Assembly (NCBI GenBank): GCA_015064185.1
Contig: SVSS01000004.1
Coordinates: forward strand, 7,347-71,346
Reading direction: 5' to 3'
Origin: Oscillospiraceae bacterium
Lineage (GTDB): Bacteria > Bacillota > Clostridia > Oscillospirales > CAG-272
Length of the DNA stretch: 64,000 nucleotides
How positions within the stretch are numbered: the first letter of the stretch is position 1; each line of letters begins with the position of its first letter. Shown here piece by piece: positions 19,560 to 29,362 of this stretch. The translations under genes were made by a program, and so were the position numbers. The notes under the pieces were generated by a model, which saw nothing but the letters and a program-made list of their open reading frames with translations, was not told the DNA's origin and did not search any database.

Positions 19560-20006
19560 TCAAAGCCCACTTTCCTCAAGCGCGCGACGGATGGCATCTA
19601 CATCTATGCTCGATACGCGTGCATCGTAATTTTGCTCTGACCAGATCTCACCAAAATCACCGCATCCAACGATCACAAGGCTGCGATTGCTTCCCTCCTC
19701 TGCCTTGGGCGTAATGCCTGCAAACTCAAGAAGGCCGTTCGGGATCAGCACGCGCCCCAAAGAATCGGGCGTAACCTGTGCCGCATCACGGTAAAGGAAC
19801 CAAAAGGTATCCTCTGCAACCTTTCGCGGCAGCTTTTTAAGAGGCTCAATATATTCCTTCCACGCTGTGGCGGAATAAAAACGAAGGCAATTGCCGCGCA
19901 CGCTGCGCACGATCATAAAATCCTCGCCCAGCTCATCACGCAGCTTTGCGGGAACGGAAACGCGATTTTTTGCATCAAGTGAATGACGATATTCGCCGGA
20001 TAACAT
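19560..20006 (-). CDS. mraZ: Transcriptional regulator MraZ
   Basis: [23 protein letters not shown] plus a second SpoVT/AbrB-like repeat. ATG at 20006 preceded by GGAGGA. Confidence 0.93.
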   Translation of the reverse strand: MLSGEYRHSLDAKNRVSVPAKLRDELGEDFMIVRSVRGNCLRFYSATAWKEYIEPLKKLPRKVAEDTFWFLYRDAAQVTPDSLGRVLIPNGLLEFAGITPKAEEGSNRSLVIVGCGDFGEIWSEQNYDARVSSIDVDAIRRALEESGL

Positions 20007-20086
20007 ATTTGCGTTCCTCCTTCCCTTTTTGCGATTTGGGCTTAACATTTTATAACATTTTGCCCCATTTCTTGCCACTTGACTAT

Positions 20087-20116
20087 ATTATAAGATGTTT
20101 TTCACCCTTTTGTCAA
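20087..20116 (-). promoter_or_regulatory. Sigma-A-type promoter of the dcw operon (upstream of mraZ)
   Basis: On the minus strand: TTGACA (20111-20116), 18-nt spacer, TATAAT (20087-20092). Confidence 0.6.
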
Positions 20117-20218
20117 CCCCTAAAAATAAATTTTTTTGCGTTTTTTTCATTTTTTTGCAAAAATTTTGAACTTTTTGTTAAAAAGGTGTCCTCGCCGCCA
20201 TACCCTGCAGAAAATTCT

Positions 20219-20270
20219 ACAAAAAAACCGCTCTCTCCACTGTTTTTACCAGCAGAAAAAGCGGTTTTCT
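20219..20270 (-). terminator. Intrinsic terminator downstream of the radical SAM gene
   Basis: Imperfect long stem AAACCGCTCTCTCCACTG/CAGCAGAAAAAGCGGTTT flanked by an A-run and a T-run. Confidence 0.45.
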
Positions 20271-20317
20271 TTTATTACATAGTTTAAACGCTTAAAGCAA
20301 GCTTGCACTTGGTTTTA

Positions 20318-21286
20318 TCACTTGCAGCATTTCCCCTGCCAAGTGTTTTCGGCGAAAAGCTTTTTGTCAATATCATTGAGCACAGTAAGCTTTCCCGTAC
20401 TCCAGCGAGGTGCCAAAAGTGTGGAAAGGGGCGCGTCGCCCGTTAGGCGTCCTATCACGATATCGGGTGGGATCAGCTCAAGGCAGCGCACAACAAGCTC
20501 AACATATTCCTCTCGCGCAAGAGGGGTGTATTTGCCCGCAAGATATTGCGCCCCGAGCGGCGCATCCGATACTACATAAAGCAGATGCAGCTTGATCTCA
20601 TCCGGATGTAGCGCCGCCACGCGGCGCACGGTATCGAGCATCATTTCATGCGTTTCGTTTGGCAACCCCAAGATCAGATGCACGCCGATACGTATGCGCG
20701 GCGCACGCGCACGGATCCTCTGATAGGCTGCAAGAAACTCCTCAAAGGTATGCCCGCGATTGATCAGTGCGGCGGTCGTATCGTGCACGGTCTGAAGACC
20801 GAGCTCAAGGGTAAGAACAGTGCGCTCTGACAACTCCTTAAGATAAGCAAGCACATCCTCCTGCAAGCAATCGGCGCGAGTGGCTATATTCAGCCCCACG
20901 GCATCGGGAAGCGTCAGCGCCTCCTCAAAGAGTGCCCGCAATTTTTCAAGAGGAGCATAGGTGTTGGTATGTGCTTGAAAATACGGAATGTAACCTGTAA
21001 TATCCCATTTGCGCTGCATCTTCTCGCGTTGCGCGCGGTATTGTTCGCCAATCGAAAGGGTGGCGGGGGCTGTAAAATGGCCGCTTCCGTTCCCCCCACA
21101 GTAAATACACCCGCCCGTACCGCAAGTGCCGTCAATATTTGGGCAGGTAAAACCGCCGTCAAGCGTTAGCTTGGCAACCTTGCCGCCAAAGGTATGGCGC
21201 AGATAGTAATCGTAGGTATGATATCTTTTATTACTGTCGGAATAGGAAAACGGGTTAGACGCGGCTTGCGTTTGTTTTTTTGTCAT
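20318..21286 (-). CDS. Radical SAM protein, TIGR01212 (YhcC-like) family
   Basis: FTCPNIDGTCGTGGCIYCG cysteine motif, with family-typical length and N-terminus. Confidence 0.8.
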   Translation of the reverse strand: MTKKQTQAASNPFSYSDSNKRYHTYDYYLRHTFGGKVAKLTLDGGFTCPNIDGTCGTGGCIYCGGNGSGHFTAPATLSIGEQYRAQREKMQRKWDITGYIPYFQAHTNTYAPLEKLRALFEEALTLPDAVGLNIATRADCLQEDVLAYLKELSERTVLTLELGLQTVHDTTAALINRGHTFEEFLAAYQRIRARAPRIRIGVHLILGLPNETHEMMLDTVRRVAALHPDEIKLHLLYVVSDAPLGAQYLAGKYTPLAREEYVELVVRCLELIPPDIVIGRLTGDAPLSTLLAPRWSTGKLTVLNDIDKKLFAENTWQGKCCK

Positions 21287-21308
21287 TGTTTTCTTTCTTA
21301 ATAAAGGT

Positions 21309-21341
21309 CTGAAAACCGTTCAAAAGTTGAACGGTTTTCAG
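21309..21341 (-). terminator. Intrinsic terminator downstream of the GH2 gene
   Basis: 15-bp stem CTGAAAACCGTTCAA/TTGAACGGTTTTCAG with a 3-nt loop. Confidence 0.6.
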
Positions 21342-21351
21342 TATGAGAAGA

Positions 21352-23622
21352 TTATTTCTTTTTAATTCGGTTGAGCTGACGGTTCATCTTAAGCAATTCT
21401 TCCTTGGTGAAGGAGATATTTGCCATTCCCATCATAGATGCCAAACGAAGGATCGTAAAGCTACCCATCATTTCCATAAAACCACTGCCTGCGCTCTTAA
21501 AGTCGATGTCAAAGCCGCCGCCCTTCTTGCCGTCCTTGGCTTTCTTTTTGTTTTGACGCATCTTTCGGTAAAGCTTTAATCCAAGACCATAGAACCACAG
21601 CTTTCCACGTTTTGATTTCATAATATCAGAAAGCTTATCGTTGAGAGAATAACGGCCCTCGGGAGCCTTTACGTCAAACCAATTGAGCACAGCGCCCTTT
21701 TCAACAAGGACATAATCCATGTTCATCTCGTCAACCTTGCGGATCACGCCCTCGTCGGTGTATTCCCCTGCTTTAGCCACGATCTTGGTTTCACCCTCGT
21801 TTTTAACGTCAAAGTAGAAGAAGTGATCGGGCGCTTCCTTCACGCCAATGCTCTCGCCGTTAACAAACAGCTCAACAGCAGGCAGATTGGAGTAAACGGT
21901 AACCTTAGTGACATCCTCAACGCGGTCAATATATCTCTTGCCGCAAAGGTGTACAAAGGGAGCCTCCTCGGGAGAACGAAGCCATGCCTTGTAAGCATAG
22001 AAGGAATCCTTCTTATACTTGCGATCCATTGTGATAAGGCCCTTGTGGTTCTGACCGTTCTCGCCACCCTCGGCTCTTGCGTCTGCACCGAAGTCAAACA
22101 TATTCCACACGTGGGTCGCCCACATATACTTTCTTGTAAAGAGCTGCTTGATCAGCTCCTCATGATAGTAGGCCTGATACTCCTCGGTATAGTCACCCTG
22201 ACGGGGATCGGAGGTGTGCCAATTCAGTGCCTCACAGCCATACTCCGAGCAGCCGATCGGAATGGTGGGGTGCATCCGGTGGAACTTATCAAACCACGGA
22301 CCGTTCATATCGGTTTCGCCGCCGTACCAGCCGAAATAGTGGTTATAGGATACAACGTCGGGGATCTGAAGATACGGGTCGTCCATCTTGCACATGGAAA
22401 CTGCCGCAATGGTGGTCTTACGTGTCTTGTCCATCTCGTGAACAAGATCATTGAGAATACGGTGATTTTCAAGGAGATCCTCATCAGAGCCCGCAATCGA
22501 GATCTCGTTAGAAAGACCCCAAACAACGATCGAGGGATGGTTGTAATTCTGAACGATCAATTCCTTCATCTGGGAGATCGTGTTCTCACGGCCGCCCGGC
22601 ATATGTCTTGAAATATAAGGGATCTCAGCCCAAATGACAAGACCTCTTTCATCACACAGATCGTAGAAATACTGGTCGTGCTGGTAATGTGCCAAACGAA
22701 TGGTGGTTGCACCCATCTCACAGATCAGGTCCATATCCTCCTTGTGATGCTCGGGGAGCAACGCGTTACCAATACCAAGGCGATCCTGGTGACGGGATAC
22801 ACCGCGCAAGGGGTATTCCTCGCCGTTGAGGATAAAGCCATTGTCGGGATCGATCTGAAAGGTGCGGCAGCCAAAGCGCGTGCAAACGCTGTCAATAACA
22901 GTGTCACCCTCCTTCAGCTCTACCTCACAGCAGTAAAGATAAGGGTCTTTGAGGCCGTGCCACAAATGAACGTCTGCAATATCAAGAGCTGTCTTGGTAT
23001 CAGCGGTGGTCGCAGTGGCAACAACGTTTTCCTCTTTGTCGTAAAGCGTATAGGTAAGGGCCTGCCCTTCCTTCATATCGGTAAGGTACACCTCAACCTC
23101 AACCCTTGCGTCCTTACCTGCAATCTCGGGCGTTACACGGATGCCGGGGCCGCCGTAATAGCTGAGATCAAAGTGCGATTCCGAAACGCAAATGAGGTTG
23201 ACGTCACGATAAATACCGCCGTAAAAGGTGAAATCCGCCATTTGGGGGTAAACAGTTTCGTTCGGCGCGTTATCCACGGCAATAACAAGCAGGTTCTCCT
23301 CGGTGAGCGCGTCAGTCAGATCCACGCGCCAAGTAGAATAGCCGCCGTCATGGTGTGCAAGCGCCTTGCCGTTTACATACACATCGGCAGAGGAGTTTGC
23401 GCCGCGTATCTCGAGAAAATATTTTGCTGCCTCGGGCAGATCTGCCTTCTTCAGTGTTTTTTTGTAAAGGCAGGTGCCGCGGAAGTAGTCATTGCCACCA
23501 TCCTGACCGTCAGTGGCGTTCCAAGAATGGGGCAGGCTTACCGACTCGCCACCCTCTGCCGAAATATTGCTCTCATTTTTGATAAAAAGCCAATCTTTGT
23601 TGAGATTAAGAACGTTTCTCAT
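21352..23622 (-). CDS. Glycoside hydrolase family 2 enzyme, beta-glucuronidase-like
   Basis: GH2 N-terminus (LNKDWLF..SLPHSWN). Acid/base region WGLSNEISI, nucleophile region CSEYGCE, and WNMFDFG..GENGQNHKGLITMDRKYKK carrying an N-x-K motif. Has an unusual Lys-rich C-terminal extension. Confidence 0.85.
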   Translation of the reverse strand: MRNVLNLNKDWLFIKNESNISAEGGESVSLPHSWNATDGQDGGNDYFRGTCLYKKTLKKADLPEAAKYFLEIRGANSSADVYVNGKALAHHDGGYSTWRVDLTDALTEENLLVIAVDNAPNETVYPQMADFTFYGGIYRDVNLICVSESHFDLSYYGGPGIRVTPEIAGKDARVEVEVYLTDMKEGQALTYTLYDKEENVVATATTADTKTALDIADVHLWHGLKDPYLYCCEVELKEGDTVIDSVCTRFGCRTFQIDPDNGFILNGEEYPLRGVSRHQDRLGIGNALLPEHHKEDMDLICEMGATTIRLAHYQHDQYFYDLCDERGLVIWAEIPYISRHMPGGRENTISQMKELIVQNYNHPSIVVWGLSNEISIAGSDEDLLENHRILNDLVHEMDKTRKTTIAAVSMCKMDDPYLQIPDVVSYNHYFGWYGGETDMNGPWFDKFHRMHPTIPIGCSEYGCEALNWHTSDPRQGDYTEEYQAYYHEELIKQLFTRKYMWATHVWNMFDFGADARAEGGENGQNHKGLITMDRKYKKDSFYAYKAWLRSPEEAPFVHLCGKRYIDRVEDVTKVTVYSNLPAVELFVNGESIGVKEAPDHFFYFDVKNEGETKIVAKAGEYTDEGVIRKVDEMNMDYVLVEKGAVLNWFDVKAPEGRYSLNDKLSDIMKSKRGKLWFYGLGLKLYRKMRQNKKKAKDGKKGGGFDIDFKSAGSGFMEMMGSFTILRLASMMGMANISFTKEELLKMNRQLNRIKKK

Positions 23623-23657
23623 ATCGTTTCTCCTTTATTTGGGATAAATTTCTCAAA

Positions 23658-23687
23658 AAGACGTCTGACCTTGAGGCCAGACGTCTT
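23658..23687 (-). terminator. Hairpin downstream of the GPH transporter gene
   Basis: 10-bp stem AAGACGTCTG/CAGACGTCTT at 23658-23667 / 23678-23687. Confidence 0.45.
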
Positions 23688-23701
23688 AAAACGTCAATGA
23701 A

Positions 23702-25177
23702 TTATTCCTCAGCGGATTTTCTTGCAGCAAGCTCCTCGGTCATTACAGCCATAGTCTTCTTATCAAGGTTGTAGATCACAGCTATGCCGACAAACATCAA
23801 AATAGCACTGAACAGGTAAAGACCTGCGACAAGCCAGCACATATTCATTGCGGTTTGCGCGGACTGTGCGCCAACCTTGATCTTGGAATCGTAGCCAAGC
23901 ACGCCCATAAGGATCAGCACCACAGAGGGGCCGATGCCCTGCGCGAGTTTACGGAAGAAGGAATGCAAAGAGTACACCGTGCCCTCCTCACGCTTGCCGG
24001 TCTTCCACTCGTTATAATCAATAGCGTCAGCCATAAGCGCCCAAGAAACACAGGTATAAATACCCATACCGATACCAAATACAGAAAGAGCGAGCATATA
24101 AAGACCGAGAGCCGCCATTTTGTTAGAAACCAAGGGGAACAGGAACATCAAAACGCCGCCTGCAAGCGACACGATCGTACCTGCAACCGAAGCCTCCTTT
24201 TTACCCCATTTAGCCACGATCTTTTTGATAAAGGGCATAAAGAAGAGCATGGGAAGGAAGCCAACAACAGATACGATACCCGAAAGACCGCCATTACCGA
24301 AATAAACAGTAAACATGATCGAAATCGCAGTGGTAGCCGAATTCATACCGAGGAACATGCCCATAGCCGCCAGCGTTGCGCCGACTGCGGGACGATTCTT
24401 CATAAAGTTACCAAACGCCTTAATTACGTTGAATTTCTCGCCCTCGTTGACCTTCACGGAGCTTTCATCCACACGGATAGTGATCTTTTTGATCATAAAA
24501 AGGAAGGCAAGGAAGCCAAGCACGCCCATGATGATCGCCACGAAGAACACGCGCTCACCAAGGAGCTCCTGCACGTTTTCGCCGGTTTCGGGGTTGATAA
24601 GTGTCTGTCCGTTTTCATCCTTAACATCACGCCAAATAAGCAGGGGTAGCAACATCATAGGAACCATGTTGCCGATCATAGAGCCGACCGAGCGCCATGT
24701 GGAGAGCTGCGCACGCTCACCGGGATCCTCCGTCACAAGCGAAAGCATCGAACCGTAAGGAACGTTAGCAACGGTATAGCATGCATCCCAGATCACATAG
24801 CCCGCAATAAAGATGATTGCCTTGATCACAACGGGAGCGTTGGGAACGGGGATAAAGCAAAGCGAGCCTGCCACAAGCAAGCCGATAGCACCGATCAAAA
24901 TATAGGTTTTGAACTTGCCAAGCTTGTACTTTCTTCTGTCTGCGTCGATCATCGAGCCGATAAGCGGATCGTTAATTGCATCCCAAACCTGCACTACAAG
25001 AAGGAGTGCCGAGAGCAAGCCCGTTTCCAGCATCATAAATACGAGCCAGAAGGTCTGAATGGTGCCCTTGAGCGAAAAGCTCATGTTACAGCCAAAGTCA
25101 CCGGCGGCGTATGCAAGCTTATCAGCCATGCCAAAGCGAGGCTGACCGTTTGCATCAAGTTGTCTTTCCTTTTTCAT
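23702..25177 (-). CDS. Glycoside-pentoside-hexuronide (GPH):cation symporter
   Basis: About 12 transmembrane segments. N-terminal ADKLAYAAGDFGCNMSF motif typical of MelB/UidB-type carriers. Adjacent to the GH2 gene. Confidence 0.85.
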   Translation of the reverse strand: MKKERQLDANGQPRFGMADKLAYAAGDFGCNMSFSLKGTIQTFWLVFMMLETGLLSALLLVVQVWDAINDPLIGSMIDADRRKYKLGKFKTYILIGAIGLLVAGSLCFIPVPNAPVVIKAIIFIAGYVIWDACYTVANVPYGSMLSLVTEDPGERAQLSTWRSVGSMIGNMVPMMLLPLLIWRDVKDENGQTLINPETGENVQELLGERVFFVAIIMGVLGFLAFLFMIKKITIRVDESSVKVNEGEKFNVIKAFGNFMKNRPAVGATLAAMGMFLGMNSATTAISIMFTVYFGNGGLSGIVSVVGFLPMLFFMPFIKKIVAKWGKKEASVAGTIVSLAGGVLMFLFPLVSNKMAALGLYMLALSVFGIGMGIYTCVSWALMADAIDYNEWKTGKREEGTVYSLHSFFRKLAQGIGPSVVLILMGVLGYDSKIKVGAQSAQTAMNMCWLVAGLYLFSAILMFVGIAVIYNLDKKTMAVMTEELAARKSAEE

Positions 25178-25491
25178 ACATTTTCCTCTTTCTTTATATT
25201 CAAATTTTAAAATATTATAAAAAAATATAAATTAGATATTGAAATTTTCAAAAAATATGCTAAAATATATAAGGTGCCAAAAGAACAAGGTGTCTATTTC
25301 TACTATAAAGTATTTCGCAAAACTTCGTGAGTATTATTTTAATCTGTTTTTGTATTTTTTTCATCTGTTTGCACTTTTTCCTGTTGTAATTATACAAAAA
25401 CTGTGTTATAGTAATATTGGCGGTTAGGGAAATTGCAACATTTTTCCAAATTTGTTCTTCCCTGCCGAAACGTTTTTGATGAGGTACGCAT

Positions 25492-26724
25492 ATGTTTTAT
25501 GAAAACGAATTGCAATTCCTTTGCGACACCTTTCAAAAGTGCCACGTAAAAACAGCGATCTTGGCTTGTGAGGAATTGAAGGGTTCGCTTATGAACACCG
25601 ACCTTGGCGCCCTGTTTGGAAAGACTGCGCCCGAGCGCGTTCTTATACCAAGCGCCGTTAACCGCATCTCCCCACGCACCATGTATAAGCTGACCGATCA
25701 CTTTGGGCTTTGTTACATTTATTTTCTGTTACCCGATTTCCCAAGGCCAACCGTTCTGCTGATTGGTCCTTATCTCCCGTCATCCCCCTCTCCCGGTGCG
25801 GCACTCGAGATCGGAGAGCGAAACGGCGTATCCCCAAAAAGTCAGCGCTATCTCGATGAGTATTATGCAGGATTGCCCGTTCTCGAGCAAAACAGTCACC
25901 TGTTCCTTATGCTAAACACCTTTTGTGAACGGATATGGAAAAGTCCTTCCTTCTCTATAGTAGATCTTAACAATGAGCATCAAACGCCCGCCTCGCCCAT
26001 AAATGAGCCTTCCCACAGTGATAATTTTGATGACATTTTGGTGAGTATGAGGGCTATGGAAAACCGTTACAACTTTGAAAACGAGTTGATGCGGGCGGTG
26101 ACCCTTGGGCAAATTCACAAGGAGAGCATGCTGCAAGCCACCTCTTCCGATCATTTTTTTGAAAAGCGCGCCCAAGACCCATTGCGCAATGCAAAAAATT
26201 ACAGTGTCATTATGAACACGCTGCTGCGCAAGGCGGCGGAAGCAGGGGGTGTGCACCCCATGTATCTGAACAATGTTTCCTCAGATTTTGCATTAAGGAT
26301 CGAGCAGCTTTATTCCCTTTCTCAAACCGCGGGGCTGATGCGAGAAATGTTTCGCTCCTATTGCAGATTGGTGCGCAAGCATTCAACCAACAAATATTCC
26401 CGTGTGGTACAAAAAACCATTCTACTTGTAGATTCCGATCTTTCTGCCGATCTCTCGCTTGCATCCCTTGCGGCCGTTCAGAGCATCAGCCCAGGATATC
26501 TTTCTACCGTTTTCAAAAAAGAAACCGGCAAAACCGTTTCTCAATATATTCGCGAAAAGCGCATCAACCACGCAGCACATTTGCTTAGCACTACACACCT
26601 GCAAATTCAAACGGTTGCGCTTCATTGCGGCATTATGGACGTGCAGTATTTCTCAAAGATCTTTAAGATGCAAACCGGAAAAACACCGAAGGAATACCGC
26701 GAAGCCATAAAGCACACACAGTAA
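25492..26724 (+). CDS. AraC-family transcriptional regulator
   Basis: C-terminal double helix-turn-helix (LASLAAVQSISPGYLSTVFKKETGKT..YFSKIFKMQTGKTPKEYR). Confidence 0.85.
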   Translation: MFYENELQFLCDTFQKCHVKTAILACEELKGSLMNTDLGALFGKTAPERVLIPSAVNRISPRTMYKLTDHFGLCYIYFLLPDFPRPTVLLIGPYLPSSPSPGAALEIGERNGVSPKSQRYLDEYYAGLPVLEQNSHLFLMLNTFCERIWKSPSFSIVDLNNEHQTPASPINEPSHSDNFDDILVSMRAMENRYNFENELMRAVTLGQIHKESMLQATSSDHFFEKRAQDPLRNAKNYSVIMNTLLRKAAEAGGVHPMYLNNVSSDFALRIEQLYSLSQTAGLMREMFRSYCRLVRKHSTNKYSRVVQKTILLVDSDLSADLSLASLAAVQSISPGYLSTVFKKETGKTVSQYIREKRINHAAHLLSTTHLQIQTVALHCGIMDVQYFSKIFKMQTGKTPKEYREAIKHTQ

Positions 26725-26758
26725 TAAAGTAAATTAAAATCCCGGAGGATAATAACAT

Positions 26759-27811
26759 ATGAACATGAAGCTTTCTTTCCGCTGGTACGGCAAGGATGAC
26801 CCGATCTCCCTGCAGTACATTTCTCAGATTCCCGGCATGCGCTCGATCGTATCCGCGGTTTACGACGTAAAGCCCGGTGAGGTTTGGCCTGAGGAGAGCC
26901 TGCAGAAAATGAAGGAGGAATGCGAGGCAAACGGTCTTGTATTTGACGTTGTCGAGTCCATTCCCGTACACGAGGATATCAAGCTTGGCCGCGGAGACGT
27001 GGATCACCTGCTTGATGTGTACTGCGAAAACGTACGCAGATGCGCCAAATACGGTGTAAAGTGTGTTACCTACAACTTTATGCCCGTATTTGACTGGACA
27101 CGTACACAGCTTGACAAGCCCGCCGCTGACGGCTCTACCAGCCTTGTTATGTACTGGGATCAGATGCGCGGCCTTGACCCCTTGAAGGATGATATTCACC
27201 TGCCCGGCTGGGATGCAAGCTACACCCAAGACGAGGTACGCGAGCTGATCACCGCCTATGGCGAGCTTGGCGAAGAGGGCCTTTGGAAGAACATTGAAAA
27301 ATTCCTCAAAAAGGTTATTCCCGTTGCTGAGGAGTGCGGTGTGAAAATGGCGATCCACCCCGATGATCCGCCCTACCCCATCTTCGGTCTGCCCCGCATT
27401 ATTACAAATGAAGAAAACCTTGATCGCTTCCTCTCCCTGGTGGACAGCCCCTCTAACTGCCTGTGCCTGTGCACGGGTAGCCTTGGTTGTGCCGCAAGCA
27501 ACGACATCCCCGCTATGGTCGAGAAGTATGCCAAGATGGACCGCATCGCCTTTATGCACATCCGCAACGTAAAGATCATGGAGGACGGCTCCTTTGAAGA
27601 AAGAGCTCACCTGTCTTCCTGCGGATCGCTTGACGTTTACGACATTGTAAAGAAGCTTGCCGAGAACGGCTTTGATGGTTATGTGCGTCCCGACCACGGC
27701 AGAATGATCTGGGGCGAGACGGGCAAGCCCGGCTACGGCTTGTTTGACAGAGCCCTTGGCGCTACCTACATCAACGGCCTGTTTGAGGCATGCGAAAAAT
27801 CGCTGAAGTAA
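26759..27811 (+). CDS. uxuA: Mannonate dehydratase UxuA
   Basis: N-terminus MKLSFRWYGKDDPISLQYISQIPG, with length and context typical of UxuA. Confidence 0.92.
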   Translation: MNMKLSFRWYGKDDPISLQYISQIPGMRSIVSAVYDVKPGEVWPEESLQKMKEECEANGLVFDVVESIPVHEDIKLGRGDVDHLLDVYCENVRRCAKYGVKCVTYNFMPVFDWTRTQLDKPAADGSTSLVMYWDQMRGLDPLKDDIHLPGWDASYTQDEVRELITAYGELGEEGLWKNIEKFLKKVIPVAEECGVKMAIHPDDPPYPIFGLPRIITNEENLDRFLSLVDSPSNCLCLCTGSLGCAASNDIPAMVEKYAKMDRIAFMHIRNVKIMEDGSFEERAHLSSCGSLDVYDIVKKLAENGFDGYVRPDHGRMIWGETGKPGYGLFDRALGATYINGLFEACEKSLK

Positions 27812-27844
27812 AATAAAATTTAATATTATATAAGGAGAACTGCA

Positions 27845-28696
27845 ATGAACAAAAATGTTTTAAGCACGGATCTTTCCGGCAAGGTAGCGGTGGTTACCGG
27901 CGCCGGCGGTGTGCTTTGCAGCAACTTTGCCAAGGTGCTTGCCCGTGCAGGCGCGCGCGTAGCGCTGCTTGACCTCAATGCGGAAGCAGCTGATGCGTAT
28001 GCAAAGGAGATCGTAGCTGAAGGCGGTATTGCCAAGGCTTACGCCTGCAACGTACTGAAAAAGGACGTTTGCATGGAGGTAGCTGCACAGGTTATGGCAG
28101 ATCTTGGTCCCTGCGATATTCTTGTAAACGGTGCGGGCGGTAACAATCCGCGTGCTACCACCGACAAGGAGTATTTTGAGATCGGTGACATTGATGCCGA
28201 CACCAAGAGCTTCTTTGACCTTGATGCCGACGGCGTTGGATTTGTGTTTAACCTCAACTTCCTCGGCACACTCATCCCCACCCAGGCATTTGCCGCACAG
28301 ATGGTTGGCAGAGAGGGCTGCTCCATTCTCAACATTTCCTCGATGAATGCGTACACCCCCTTAACCAAGATTCCCGCATACTCGGGCGCTAAGGCTGCTA
28401 TTTCCAACTTCACGCAGTGGCTTGCCGTTCACTTCTCAAAGGTTGGTATTCGTGTAAACGCGATTGCCCCCGGCTTCTTTGCTACCCAGCAAAACGCAAA
28501 GCTCCTCTTTAATGAGGACGGCACCCCCACAGCACGCACAGGCAAGATCCTTGCCGCAACCCCCATGGGCCGCTTCGGTGAGACCGAGGAGCTTGAGGGC
28601 GGACTTCTCTTCCTGCTTGACAACAAGGCAGCAGGCTTTATCACGGGCGTTGTTCTGCCCGTAGACGGCGGTTTTTCCGCTTATTCAGGAGTGTAA
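27845..28696 (+). CDS. uxuB: SDR-family D-mannonate oxidoreductase (UxuB/YjmF type)
   Basis: TGAGGVLC Rossmann motif, NGAGGNNPRATT, YSGAK catalytic motif. Lies between uxuA and eda. Confidence 0.75.
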   Translation: MNKNVLSTDLSGKVAVVTGAGGVLCSNFAKVLARAGARVALLDLNAEAADAYAKEIVAEGGIAKAYACNVLKKDVCMEVAAQVMADLGPCDILVNGAGGNNPRATTDKEYFEIGDIDADTKSFFDLDADGVGFVFNLNFLGTLIPTQAFAAQMVGREGCSILNISSMNAYTPLTKIPAYSGAKAAISNFTQWLAVHFSKVGIRVNAIAPGFFATQQNAKLLFNEDGTPTARTGKILAATPMGRFGETEELEGGLLFLLDNKAAGFITGVVLPVDGGFSAYSGV

Positions 28697-28700
28697 TATT

Positions 28701-29255
28701 ATGGAAAAGTTTATCCCAGTTGTAGTAATCAAAGAGATCGGTGAAACCGACAAGATCTTGAAGGCTCTCAAAAACAACGGCATCAACTGTGCCGAGATCA
28801 CCTTCCGTACCGCTTGCGCGGCAGAAGCAATTGCCTATGCGGCAAAGAACTACCCCGATATGGAGATCGGTGCAGGCACCGTTATCAACGCGGCGCAGTG
28901 TGAGCAGGCACTTGCCGCAGGTGCTACCTTTATCGTATCTCCCGGTCTTTCTCCCGATGTTGCAAAAATCTGCAACGCGAGAAATATTCCCTACTACCCC
29001 GGCTGTGTAACCCCCACCGAAATCATGGCAGCTCTTGAGCTCGGCATTACCACCGTTAAATTCTTCCCTGCAAACGTTTACGGCGGCCTCAAGGCTCTTA
29101 AAGCGCTCTCCGCTCCCTTCCCGCAGGTAAAGTTTATCCCCACGGGCGGCGTTGACAGAAGCAATATTGATGAGTTCCTCGCGTTTGATAAGATCGCGGC
29201 GATCGGCGGCAGCTTCTTTGTAAAAGAGTCCCTCGATAAGATGGAAAACGTTTAA
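28701..29255 (+). CDS. eda: 2-dehydro-3-deoxyphosphogluconate / 4-hydroxy-2-oxoglutarate aldolase
   Basis: ITFRT and GAGTV motifs. VKFFPA contains the Schiff-base lysine context. At 184 aa it is slightly short for the family. Confidence 0.85.
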   Translation: MEKFIPVVVIKEIGETDKILKALKNNGINCAEITFRTACAAEAIAYAAKNYPDMEIGAGTVINAAQCEQALAAGATFIVSPGLSPDVAKICNARNIPYYPGCVTPTEIMAALELGITTVKFFPANVYGGLKALKALSAPFPQVKFIPTGGVDRSNIDEFLAFDKIAAIGGSFFVKESLDKMENV

Positions 29256-29362
29256 CCAAATATTACAAGGAAATTTCCTGATGCAGATGCAGATATTTGC
29301 TTCTCAAAACCGAGTTTGGATTATTTCCTCTTGCCTAAAAAATACTTAACGGAGAAAATAAC

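Noticed and set aside
20219-20270. Terminators at 20219-20270 and 62524-62577 share a 3' arm of about 25 nt (CAGCAGAAAAAGCGGTT.TCTTTTATT), which could mark a dispersed repeat
   Set aside because: There are only two copies, the left arms differ, and both sit exactly where terminators are expected. Convergent terminator composition is the simpler explanation.
25239-25427. 62-aa ORF in the AT-rich divergent region between the GPH transporter and AraC genes
   Set aside because: It has AT-rich low-complexity translation and no RBS. The region is better explained as divergent promoters and operators.
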